Shown in pieces: positions 41,624 through 50,828 of a DNA stretch of 64,000 bases. A program made the translations under genes and the position numbers. The stretch comes from an uncultured Acidobacteriota bacterium (GTDB lineage: Bacteria > Acidobacteriota > Terriglobia > UBA7540): the NCBI GenBank assembly GCA_963804995.1, contig CAWDSK010000001.1, forward strand, positions 128,001 through 192,000. The letters run 5' to 3'. The notes below the pieces were generated by a model. That model saw only the letters and a program-made list of their open reading frames with translations. It did no database searches and was not told the origin of the DNA. Numbering within the stretch: position 1 is the stretch's first letter; every line of letters starts with the position of its first letter.

Positions 41624-43987
41624 TTGAAGGCAATCGAAGCTGTAATCCTGACCATAATGCTGGTAGTTCTTCTACTCCTTCTGATGCCGAGCGGCGACAC
41701 GCGGACGGCCACGGTCATTCTGGTAGTTGCCACTATATTACTATTCCTCTTCGGCCTGCGGCGGCGACCTAGGCAGTCTGAGTTGGCCCGTGCTATTGCC
41801 CTGTACCATGTTCGACAAATTAAATCTGCACTTGGACTTTCCGATCTTCAGATCGGCGCATCGTACCCCCTATATCAACTGGATGGAAATAGCCCTCGCA
41901 CCCACGATGTTAAGCTCATCTCAAGCACTGGGGAGGATAAGGGCTACATCGTAGCCAATCTGGATAGAGCGGAGTTTCCGATACCCGAATTCACCACGAA
42001 AGGGCCGTGTTTAACCGAGCAGTTCCGAAAGAAACTAGGACGCAGAGATTTTCGAATCGTCTGGATAAATCCAACGTACTCTCTTGCCTTAGACAAAGAC
42101 GGTAAGATACTCACAACGATTGGAAGCGATCTTTTCCCGGATCGGCCAGATAGTGAACAAAGTGCCAAGCCTACTGAAAGGGAATTCCTGCAATTCATCC
42201 GCGAAGCTCAAGAAAAATGGCGTGCTCGTCACAAAAAGGCTGTTGCCGAGGCGTGGCGCATGCTGCCCGGTGGTGGAACGAACACTACCGACTTGGTGGA
42301 GGACCAGCCAACCGGCAATTATTCAATCGACTATGCTGAAGGGTATGAACGAGAGCCTGACTTTCGCCAAATTCCTCCAGGAGTTGGTGCAAATACCAAA
42401 GACTATTACTCCGGATGCGGCCCTACAGCATGGGCCACTTTGATCGCTTGGCATGACCTGAATTGGACTCCAGAACTACTACGGGGATCCGAGAACTACA
42501 ATGGGGGTGACTACGGATCCCCAGTCGAACCCGCATGGAACACTTATATAGACCGGGTGATCATGGAGCTGGGGCGCAAGGAGTACTTGGATACCCATAA
42601 GTCCTCTAAAGATGGTGGATATACGTCCGATGCCAAGATGGAGCACGGCTTTGATTACATCCGGCAGGAACTCGGGCGTGACTTCACGGGTAGGGCAACA
42701 GGGGATGACAATCTCCAAAAAGTCTACGACTCCATCATCATTGACAGGCGACCGGTTCTGATAAAGACCCCCAGTCATTTCTGTGTTGCCGCTGGCTTTT
42801 GGTTCGACAATGACGGGCAGAATCACTACTTACTGTTGAATACAGGATGGGGCGCTTCCGACAAATGGATCAAAAGCAAGTACTCTCAGAAGTACTGGTA
42901 CCTGAAAGATGTGCTCCCAGGTACGGAATTGACTGTACCGAACATCTCCCCAGTGCGAGCGCATGGTCCGGTTCTGTGTACATCCCCCTCGCCAAGTGGA
43001 GTTCATGACAGCCTTTGGGCGTTTTGGATGAACGGAGACCAGGGGCGTATCGAGTGTGCGAGGTCTACTGGCTGGCAAAGCCTCACGTACATGCCCGATC
43101 CACATGACGCCCTCGATGGCCCAGCGATCTACCCTCCAGCAGTAGCTGCTGAGGTGGATTCACAGAGAATCTACCTCCTGTGGGTTGACGATGCGCATAG
43201 GATGCACCTCATCCGCTGGGAGGGCCCGGAGAAGGATTGGACTCGGCTCGAGTTCCCGTCTGACCTCAAGACTCTTGTTAGGCCAGCGATTGTCGGCCGA
43301 CAAGGGGACTGGCTAACAGTTGCATTTTCGGACGATCGATACGGTCTTCAGGTAATATCCACTTGCCGGGATGTTCAGCGTCCCAATCCCCATCCTTGGC
43401 CTGATCAAATCGGCTGTCATCAGGCCGATTGTTACTGGGACCAGGTAGACCCCTTTGGGACGCCCACGAGCCTCAGCATGGTCACTTTTCAAGGCCCGAC
43501 CCCTATTCAAGACCAGACAGTTCTGGCGTGGCTACGTGCAGCAAACTACCTCGAACGCGCTGGGCACATAGCATTCCGTCTTGCAAAACCGGACGGCAGT
43601 TTTTGTGGCTACGTCGATTCCACGCTAGATCTAGGTAACGGGTCATTGAATCTTGCTGTATCCAACAAGACTTTGTTCGCAACATATCGAGATTGGGAGG
43701 GTCGTGTTGCGATTTGCTACCTCCAGCCCACGCTTCCTAATTGGGGCCAAAATCCGTATAATCCGTCTACTCCGGTTTGGATACCTGCTCAACTATCGTG
43801 GGCGGAAGTGGCTCGGCTCACTGAGACCTGCGAAGAGGATCCATACCTCGGTTTCATTGACCTTGAGCAAGGGAAGCACCCCCAATTGGTACTCGGCCGG
43901 ACGTCGACGATCGGTCCGATGTACTTGCGGCTCTTGAGCATGGATGTTCCCAGTGCGAGGTTGGACTACAGAGGAATACCGTACTGA
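41624..43987 (+). CDS. Membrane-anchored papain-like (C10/C39-like) cysteine peptidase with a beta-rich C-terminus
   Basis: YSGCGPTA (Cys), SHFCVAAG (His), LNTGWG; prodomain-like GYIV segment; 2 N-terminal TMs; visibly lower GC than the core genes. Confidence 0.65.
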   Translation: MKAIEAVILTIMLVVLLLLLMPSGDTRTATVILVVATILLFLFGLRRRPRQSELARAIALYHVRQIKSALGLSDLQIGASYPLYQLDGNSPRTHDVKLISSTGEDKGYIVANLDRAEFPIPEFTTKGPCLTEQFRKKLGRRDFRIVWINPTYSLALDKDGKILTTIGSDLFPDRPDSEQSAKPTEREFLQFIREAQEKWRARHKKAVAEAWRMLPGGGTNTTDLVEDQPTGNYSIDYAEGYEREPDFRQIPPGVGANTKDYYSGCGPTAWATLIAWHDLNWTPELLRGSENYNGGDYGSPVEPAWNTYIDRVIMELGRKEYLDTHKSSKDGGYTSDAKMEHGFDYIRQELGRDFTGRATGDDNLQKVYDSIIIDRRPVLIKTPSHFCVAAGFWFDNDGQNHYLLLNTGWGASDKWIKSKYSQKYWYLKDVLPGTELTVPNISPVRAHGPVLCTSPSPSGVHDSLWAFWMNGDQGRIECARSTGWQSLTYMPDPHDALDGPAIYPPAVAAEVDSQRIYLLWVDDAHRMHLIRWEGPEKDWTRLEFPSDLKTLVRPAIVGRQGDWLTVAFSDDRYGLQVISTCRDVQRPNPHPWPDQIGCHQADCYWDQVDPFGTPTSLSMVTFQGPTPIQDQTVLAWLRAANYLERAGHIAFRLAKPDGSFCGYVDSTLDLGNGSLNLAVSNKTLFATYRDWEGRVAICYLQPTLPNWGQNPYNPSTPVWIPAQLSWAEVARLTETCEEDPYLGFIDLEQGKHPQLVLGRTSTIGPMYLRLLSMDVPSARLDYRGIPY

Positions 43988-44042
43988 ACTAGCTGTCGCG
44001 GACCAGCAGGGCGAGTCGGGAACACTTCGTTAGTTAGGACAT

Positions 44043-44181
44043 GTGATCTTGCATCGCTCCGTCGCCATCGACCGCCGGGACGCCATTCAGCCGGCGTTCG
44101 ACGCTCTGCTCGGGATTGTCGATCAGGTGCTGGACGTTACGCGGAGCGCCGCCGAGGAGATTGTCCTGGGACATCGACGGA
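44043..44181 (+). pseudogene. PIN/VapC toxin internal fragment
   Basis: [31 protein letters not shown] resembles the central helices of a PIN domain. Confidence 0.5.
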
Positions 44182-44345
44182 ATCGGGATAGGGGGGATAC
44201 CTCGCGGCTCCGCCCCTCCCACACCACCGGACATGCGGGTCCGCATCGGGCGGTTCGGCGGGTTGAGCTAAGAACCGGCGGCGAGGCAAGGCAAACCGCA
44301 GGTGGCGGATACGTCCAGGCGCTGTTTGCCGGGATGTATGCTGCC
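44182..44345 (-). mobile_element. Group II intron 3' remnant (domains V-VI, class C-like)
   Basis: gaaccgcccgatgcggacccgcatgtccggtggtgtgggagggg...cccctatcccgat on the minus strand. Confidence 0.85.
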
Positions 44346-44388
44346 TTCTAAGGCAGTTATATGACCGGGTGCCCCGGCAGAAACATAA

Positions 44389-44556
44389 GTACAGGGAACA
44401 GGGAATAGGGAACAGGGAACGGAAGTACAGGGAATAGGGAACGGAAGGACAGGGAACAGGGAATAGGTGACAGGGAACAGAATAACAGGGAACAGAAAAG
44501 AGGGAACAGGGAACAGAAGTACAGGGAGTAGGGAATAGGGAATTGGGATTTGGGAC
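44389..44556 (+). repeat. Heptamer tandem array (agggaac/agggaat)n, about 20 degenerate units
   Basis: acagggaacagggaatagggaacagggaac... Confidence 0.9.
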
Positions 44557-44632
44557 TAGCCACTAACCGCTAACGTGGGGAAGCGCAGGGTCGTCCTTAA
44601 TCCAAAATCCAAAATCGAAAATCCAAAATCAA

Positions 44633-45346
44633 TCAGGCCTCAACGCCTTCCATCACTTCCGGTGAAAAACGATAACCGCTGCCCCGGACTGTCTGGAGGA
44701 AATGCGGGCGGTTGGGCAGTTCTTCGATCTTCTCGCGCAGGCGGCGAATGTGCACATCCACCGTACGTGGCGTCACAAAGCGGTCGCGGCCCCAAACCTC
44801 GTCCAGCAGGCGGTCGCGGTCGAACACGTGACGGGGGTGTGAGGCGAGGAAATAGAGCAGCTTGAACTCCAGGGCGCTCAGCTCCACCAGGCGCCCGCGC
44901 ACCGTGACTTCCTGGGTGCGCGTGTCCAGCTTCAGGGCGCCCGATTCCACCACTTCGCGCTTTTCCGCTGTGCGTTCCTGGCGACGCAATACGGCCTTGA
45001 CCCGGGCCACCAGTTCACGCGGGCTGAAGGGTTTTACGACGTAATCGTCCGCACCGATTTCCAGGCCCAGAACGCGGTCCATCTCCTCACCCTTGGCGGT
45101 AAGAAAGATGACGGGCAGACCCTTCATGCGCTCGTCGGCGCGCAGGCGCTTGCAGATGTCGAACCCGTCTTCATCGGGCAAGAGGATGTCCAGCAGAACA
45201 AGGTCGGCGGGATTGCGCCGCAAATATTCTAAACCATCGCGGCCGCGCGTAAAGCTCTCAACTTCGAAGCCTTCTTTGCGGAAGTTGTACCGAACCAGTT
45301 CAACGATGTCACGTTCGTCTTCAATGATGACCACGCGTTGTCGCAC
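44633..45346 (-). CDS. phoB: PhoB/OmpR-family response regulator
   Basis: IIEDE, LLDILLP, GADDYVVKPFSPRELVAR, RTVDVHIRRLR, TVRGSGY. Confidence 0.88.
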   Translation of the reverse strand: MRQRVVIIEDERDIVELVRYNFRKEGFEVESFTRGRDGLEYLRRNPADLVLLDILLPDEDGFDICKRLRADERMKGLPVIFLTAKGEEMDRVLGLEIGADDYVVKPFSPRELVARVKAVLRRQERTAEKREVVESGALKLDTRTQEVTVRGRLVELSALEFKLLYFLASHPRHVFDRDRLLDEVWGRDRFVTPRTVDVHIRRLREKIEELPNRPHFLQTVRGSGYRFSPEVMEGVEA

Positions 45347-46000
45347 GGGAGAATTATAGCATTCTCAATGTTACGGGAGTGTGAATAGATGAAAAGCCCG
45401 ATGTGACGGCGATTGGCGTTTTTGGGTGACACGTGAAAGGCGGGGGTGGCAGCTCAGCGATAGTGCCGAGGGTCGCCACTTTCTCCCAACTCATGCTTTT
45501 TCAGTGAGATAGCGCACGTGCGAGATTGGCAAGGGAAACGCTCGTGAGTAGGTGGCGGCTGCGGCTGCGCCAATCGCAGGTGGAATCAGGAACCGGCCTG
45601 AATTTCTCACCACAGGTTTGGAAGGGCTGGGGTTATGGTTTTTGAATCCTTAAATTGTCAATTTTTCCGACGCCTTGAGCATGCAAGTAACCCCTCATCC
45701 GACCTCCTCCGTCGACCACCTTCTTCCGCCACGGCGGATCTGCGACCCCTGGGGAGAAGGCTATTATCTAGCGTGGTTACGGCGCGGCACCTCACCTTGA
45801 GTAACCGCCCTCTCCAAGGGGAGAGGGTGGACCGCAGCCGGCGTTTTCATCAGCCGGGGCGGGACGGGTGAGGGGTCACTCGCGGGTTGGGGGCGTTTGA
45901 GAATTTCAGGAATTAAAAAACCATCGGCCCCGCCGTTAAGAAGTTTATCCCCATGCCCCGCACCCTAATTCGCCGCTTTTCGTGTACGGGAGCAAACACC

Positions 46001-46918
46001 GTGAGTTCTACCCTCCCCATTTCGCTGGCTCGATCCCGAAGCATTCCTTCGCTGCGCCTGCGATTCAGTTTTACATTGGCTGAGAAGATCACCCTCACAT
46101 ACTTCGCATACATCATCCTCGCAGCATGCGCGTTCGGCTTGGCCACGCGCGACCTGTGCGTCATTATCGCGCTCAATACGCTGGTTGCCGCCACCATGAT
46201 CGGGCTCAACCGAATCTCCAACCGCGCCCCGTGGCTGGCCGTCGCGAGCGACCTTTTCCCTGCCCTGCTGCTTCTGGTTGCGTATCGAGAATCAGGCCTC
46301 TTGCTCAAACCTGATTCGACGCATCGCCTGGACTTTATCTTCATTCAATTCGACCGCGTGCTGCTAGGGAACGCGTTCGTTCGCGCCGCGCTCGATGCCG
46401 GAGCGCCCTGGCTACAGCATTATCTGGAATTCGCCTATCTGCTCTGCTATCCGCTGGTGCCGCTGGGCGTGGCCGCAATCTATATCGCGCCACGCGACGG
46501 CAGACCAGGCGAACCAAGCCAGTGTGCCTTGGACGATTTCTGGGCAACGGTTGTTCTGGCCACACTGTTCTGCTACGCCGTGTATCCCTTCTTCCCTTTG
46601 ACGCCACCGCGCGTGCTGTTCCACGACGTGCCGGGGCCGCACATCGAGCCGCTGCTACGCCAATGGAATTTCTGGTTACTCGATCATTACAGCGTGCAAG
46701 CCTGCATCTTTCCGAGCGGCCACGTGGCGGTGGTGACCGCCGTGGCGCTGGCCGTCCGCAAACACGCCCCACGCTTCGGCGCACTGTTCCTGTTTCTCGC
46801 CGTGAGTGTGGCGTTCGCCACCGTATACGGCCGCTACCACTATGCCGCGGACGCCTTCGCCGGCGCGCTGGTGGGTGTCGCAGCATTTCTGATTTCACAA
46901 GGTCTGCGGAGTAGATGA
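46001..46918 (+). CDS. PAP2-superfamily membrane phosphatase/phosphotransferase
   Basis: PLTPPR, FPSGHV, ATVYGRYHYAAD; start uncertain (45953 possible). Confidence 0.85.
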   Translation: MSSTLPISLARSRSIPSLRLRFSFTLAEKITLTYFAYIILAACAFGLATRDLCVIIALNTLVAATMIGLNRISNRAPWLAVASDLFPALLLLVAYRESGLLLKPDSTHRLDFIFIQFDRVLLGNAFVRAALDAGAPWLQHYLEFAYLLCYPLVPLGVAAIYIAPRDGRPGEPSQCALDDFWATVVLATLFCYAVYPFFPLTPPRVLFHDVPGPHIEPLLRQWNFWLLDHYSVQACIFPSGHVAVVTAVALAVRKHAPRFGALFLFLAVSVAFATVYGRYHYAADAFAGALVGVAAFLISQGLRSR

Positions 46919-46963
46919 GCAAGCGTAGCGCCTGTTTGGTAGGTCCGCGGCACTTCGGCATGG

Positions 46964-47260
46964 TCAGTGCTGCTGGGTATCGCGCGGTCGTAGGTCGTCC
47001 GGATGGATAGGTGTGATTCCGGTAAAGCGCTCAAAGTCCTTCGAGTTTAGAGTCAGCAGATGAGAGACGTTATTCACATTCATGACAGCGGCCAGGCGCG
47101 CATCATGAACTTGAACGCCGGAGACGCCACACTCCATAACTATCCGACGCCATCGGGCGTAGGTCGCCTCCGTCTCGGGCAAGAATAGAAATTGCTGTTC
47201 GATGAGTTGGAGACGTCGGTCTGTCTCGCGAAGGGGCAAACCTAAACCATCATCAATCAT
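46964..47260 (-). pseudogene. PIN/VapC toxin with an N-terminal deletion
   Basis: MIDDGLGL...VSGVQVHDARLAA...LLTLN.KDF; the first DTN motif and following helices are absent. Confidence 0.7.
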
Positions 47261-47510
47261 GGTCCTGGTAGATCGCCGCGCGCCGGAAGGTCTCGTTCGC
47301 GAGGCCGGGAACCGGTTCGATGCCTTGGCGCAATTCCTGGAGCCAGGCATGAAAATTCTTGGATGTCCGAGTTTTCGCCGAGCGGGGTGCCTGGCGTTGG
47401 GCCAACTCGGTCAGCGCCTCCTCAACAATCTGCGCCGGCTCGCGGCCCGGTGAACGAGCCAGTTGCTGGCGGAGCGCCTGTTCGGCCTGAGGTGTAAGGG
47501 TTACCTGCAT
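47253..47510 (-). CDS. Putative antitoxin
   Basis: 85 aa, MQVTLTP..E, ends FRRAAIYQDHD, overlaps the PIN gene start. Confidence 0.7.
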   Translation of the reverse strand: MQVTLTPQAEQALRQQLARSPGREPAQIVEEALTELAQRQAPRSAKTRTSKNFHAWLQELRQGIEPVPGLANETFRRAAIYQDHD

Positions 47511-47719
47511 GTAGATCAGTATAACTTAGGGCGCCTGCGCCATCAAAGAGCAATCCAGAATCGCGGACCATGAGTCTGCCGCTGCCCGACCAGCGGTCTC
47601 GTTTTTGACCCGGAAAGAAAAGCGTATGGGGATTGCGCCATCCTACGAAACTTATCAAGAGCGGGGCGGAATGTGATACTCCTAACCTCCCAACTGGTGA
47701 GACAGGAAGGTCGTGGAAA

Positions 47720-48619
47720 ATGAAGCTCTGCTCTTTAGTTCTCGTGTTCGTCTCGATCCAGCTTTTCGCACAGGGCCCAGGAAATACAGTCCGGCAGAAC
47801 CCCCAACCTCGGACCCAATTGGAGGATAACGAGCTACAGTCCCGCGCCTGGTTTGCGGAAAGGCGCAAGGAGCATCCTGACCTTAAGCAGGTCGCGGAGG
47901 GAAAGTATTTGTATACCGATCCCGACACGACGCCTGCGCCGAGTTCATCCTACGACGCCTGGACGCTCTGGAAATCCCCAGACGGCGAATTTGAGGTGAG
48001 CGGCGCGTTGGAATTCCCAGACGAGTCCGTTCCCTATTGGATCAAACTCACCCCCCGGATGCGGCCCACGGCTTTCAAGTTCTTCCGGATGGACCAGACC
48101 TCCATCGCCTGCCGGCGAACTCCCTCAGAACTGCGCTGCGAACAGACCAACGACGCAGGCAAGGTCCTGCGCACTGCAAATGATGCGATCAACGACACGA
48201 CTGAGATCTTCATGCCCATTACTTTTTTCTGGGCTGGACAGACCCGCGGTGCAGAATTCCATGGCGATGCAGCTATCCGCTTGACCTTCCTCGCGCAAGG
48301 TGGAGAGACGGAGACATTTCCTGTTTCCTTTTCCCCGATCGGTGCGTCACTTCGGGTGCTGCGGCGCGGGAAATACCCCATCTTGCACAGTGAAATCGAC
48401 GCTGCAGAATTCCAGTTGGACATGCAAGACCCGTCGGAAAGACCGGCCAACCCTCCCCACGCTCCAGGCGCCCCTCCCGGCTCAGCGCCTCAGCAACCGT
48501 TGTCCCCCGTTTTGAAGTTATGGGTTTCCGCCAAGGGGATTCTACTTTCTGCCTCTCCGACCGACCCCGAGGAGGGAAACGTTCGTCTGGTGGAATTCAA
48601 GAAGCTTGCGGAGTTTTGA
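47720..48619 (+). CDS. Secreted hypothetical protein
   Basis: Signal peptide MKLCSLVLVFVSIQLFA|Q; 299 aa. Confidence 0.7.
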   Translation: MKLCSLVLVFVSIQLFAQGPGNTVRQNPQPRTQLEDNELQSRAWFAERRKEHPDLKQVAEGKYLYTDPDTTPAPSSSYDAWTLWKSPDGEFEVSGALEFPDESVPYWIKLTPRMRPTAFKFFRMDQTSIACRRTPSELRCEQTNDAGKVLRTANDAINDTTEIFMPITFFWAGQTRGAEFHGDAAIRLTFLAQGGETETFPVSFSPIGASLRVLRRGKYPILHSEIDAAEFQLDMQDPSERPANPPHAPGAPPGSAPQQPLSPVLKLWVSAKGILLSASPTDPEEGNVRLVEFKKLAEF

Positions 48620-48650
48620 GACCATCTGTAAGCGCCTTGGAAGGCTGGCG

Positions 48651-50563
48651 GTTGCGGTAGGGATACCGGTTACCCGGTACCCCCCGCACGGATCCGTACG
48701 TGCGCTGGTTAGCGCATACGGCTCTTATCTCGGATGTGTGGCGGCGAACCGTTGGGATGGCCAAGGATGCACAACGTGCGGAGCAGGCAACCAGCAGGCC
48801 GCAAGCTTCCCCAGTCGGTCCCAGTTGAGGCGGTGGCGTTGACTGCGTTGACGCAGTTGCGTTCGCCACAGTCGGGTCAACCGTTCCCGAAAGATTCGCA
48901 GGCGGTTGAGGTTTCCCGGTACCGCGTGATAGTTGAAGTAGCCTTGCACGACCGACCGGAGCCATTTACCCGTATCCGCGATGGGATCGTGCCGACGCTG
49001 CCGGAGTTGTTGCTTGAGTTCCTGCAACTTCCCCCGCAGGCGCTTGCTGATCGTCTTCCGCTTCACGGTAAATTGCCCCCTCCGGTTCTTCCCGCTGATA
49101 TGCGTGAAGCCCAGAAAGTCGAACGTCTCCGGCTTACCTTCTCCTCTCCGTTTCCGGTAAAGTTCGGCAAACGGCCCGAACTCGATCCGGCGCGTTTTGT
49201 CAGGATGCAGTTCCAATCCAAACTTCCCCACCCGCTCCCGGAAATCCTCCAGAAAGCGGTCGGCTTCCGTCTGCGATTGGAATCCAAGGACCGTATCGTC
49301 GGCATACCGCACCACGACCACGTCTCCCCGGGCGTGCTTCTTGCGCCACGCCTGCACCCACAGGTCAAAGACGTAGTGCAGATAGATATTCGCCAGCAGG
49401 GGCGAGACCACCGCCCCTTGTGGCGTACCCATCTCCGTCTCCGACCATTCGCCTTCCTCCCTCACCCCGGCTTTCAGCCATTTCTGGATGAGCCGGAGAA
49501 TCCGGGGGTCGGCGACGCGATGCTGCACGAACTTGAGCATCCATTCGTGGGATATCGAATCGAAAAATCCACGAATGTCCGCGTCAAGAACGTAGTTCAC
49601 GTGCTTCACCGTGAGCGCGTACGAGAGCGCGTCCAGCGCTTGATGCTGGCTGCATCCCGGTCGAAAGCCATACGAGAAGCCCAGAAAGTCTTCCTCGTAA
49701 ATCGCCTTGAGGATGGTGACCACGGCCTGTTGGACGATCTTGTCCTCCAGTGCCGCAACCCCCAACGGACGTTGCCGCCCGTCGCCTTTCGGGATATACG
49801 CCCTTCGCGAGGGCTTCGCTCGGAATGCTCCGCGGTGGACCCGGCTGTGCAGATCGACGAGTCGACCTTCCAGCCCGCTTTCATACTCCTGCCACGTCAT
49901 GCCGTCTACTCCCGGTGCAGCTTTTCGCTTCAAGGCGTAAAAGCTTTCCCGCAGCAGATCGACCGTTAAGTGGTGGAGCAAGGCCGTGAACTTCATCTCC
50001 CTGTGTTCCTTCGCGGCTTTCCGCACACCCGCGAGTCCCTGGGACACGCGTGCCCCGCTCTGTGTCGGGTGCGTGTTAGGCCAACGGGTGTTCTCCTTGA
50101 TCAGCGGCCTTCCCTCCTCATTCTCCGCCAACGGCTTCCCGTCTTTGTTCAAATGATTCATCGGTACTGTTCCGCTGTCCGACTCCTCGAAAGCGTGCAG
50201 GCGGGCTGTACGGCCATCGCCTTTTCCCGCCGTCCGGCCACGATCTACGGCGGCCGGCGCCTCCGAGGTCTCCCGGTTCTCGTGCAGAAAGTGTCTAGGC
50301 GTGTCTGGGGTCTACGACTACGCAGGACTGTGCCGGAACTCGCGTTGGCGTCCCGGCCTCATGTTGCCTTCCGTTTAGTCTGAAAACGTCGGCGTCCTGA
50401 TTGGACATTTTCGAAGCTCAATACCCAGCCCACCTATTCCCCTGTTTACGCTTCACCGTGCGCCTCACGACGCCCAGCGCAAAACTCGGGGCCGAGTGGA
50501 TCGCTGCTCCTTCCTCGTGAGAAATTTTCATTCTCTGCTTTCTGCCGGTTTATCCCGGCGCAC
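48651..50563 (-). mobile_element. Full-length group II intron (1913 nt)
   Basis: 5' GTGCG at 50563; DV GAGCCGTATGCG...CGTACGGATC; 3' AAC at 48651; EBS1 CAGACU in a CGUUU/AAACG stem (50377-50382). Confidence 0.93.
48725..50161 (-). CDS. ltrA: Group II intron reverse transcriptase/maturase without an endonuclease domain
   Basis: APGVDG, RPLG, SYGFRP, GTPQGAVVSPLLANIYL, RYADD, FDFLGF, GYFNYH. Confidence 0.95.
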   Translation of the reverse strand: MNHLNKDGKPLAENEEGRPLIKENTRWPNTHPTQSGARVSQGLAGVRKAAKEHREMKFTALLHHLTVDLLRESFYALKRKAAPGVDGMTWQEYESGLEGRLVDLHSRVHRGAFRAKPSRRAYIPKGDGRQRPLGVAALEDKIVQQAVVTILKAIYEEDFLGFSYGFRPGCSQHQALDALSYALTVKHVNYVLDADIRGFFDSISHEWMLKFVQHRVADPRILRLIQKWLKAGVREEGEWSETEMGTPQGAVVSPLLANIYLHYVFDLWVQAWRKKHARGDVVVVRYADDTVLGFQSQTEADRFLEDFRERVGKFGLELHPDKTRRIEFGPFAELYRKRRGEGKPETFDFLGFTHISGKNRRGQFTVKRKTISKRLRGKLQELKQQLRQRRHDPIADTGKWLRSVVQGYFNYHAVPGNLNRLRIFRERLTRLWRTQLRQRSQRHRLNWDRLGKLAACWLPAPHVVHPWPSQRFAATHPR

Positions 50564-50676
50564 CAGACCCCTGACCTTTGGGTCTGCGATGACCTGAAGG
50601 GGCAGGGGTCGGTTGCGGCTTATTAGCGTCCCTGGGAGATCGCAGACCCCCGAGAGAAGGGTCTCTGCGCCAGCCT
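50564..50676. repeat. Inverted REP pair; the left REP is split by the intron
   Basis: aggctggcg (48642-48650) + cagacccc...gggtctgcgat (50564-50590) mirrors atcgcagacccc...gggtctctgcgccagcct (50639-50676). Confidence 0.8.
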
Positions 50677-50828
50677 GCCGTCCCGCCATATGGCGAGGTA
50701 AACTCGCCGCTACAAAATCAAATGGATACGCTATCCGGCTCCCATCCCGCTTGACGCGCCTGCCGTGCGGGATTTAGCATGGGAGGTTGGGGTTTTCTCG
50801 AAATTCCTCACTGTAGGGCTCAGGGCAA

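Noticed and set aside
43980..44040. attC-like site after the peptidase gene (gttagttagg)
   Set aside because: No convincing RYYYAAC/GTTRRRY pair or L-box stem, and no integron integrase.
48725..50161. RT as part of a retron, DGR or defence system
   Set aside because: It lies within complete group II intron boundaries with DV/DVI; no template/variable repeat pair or effector is seen.
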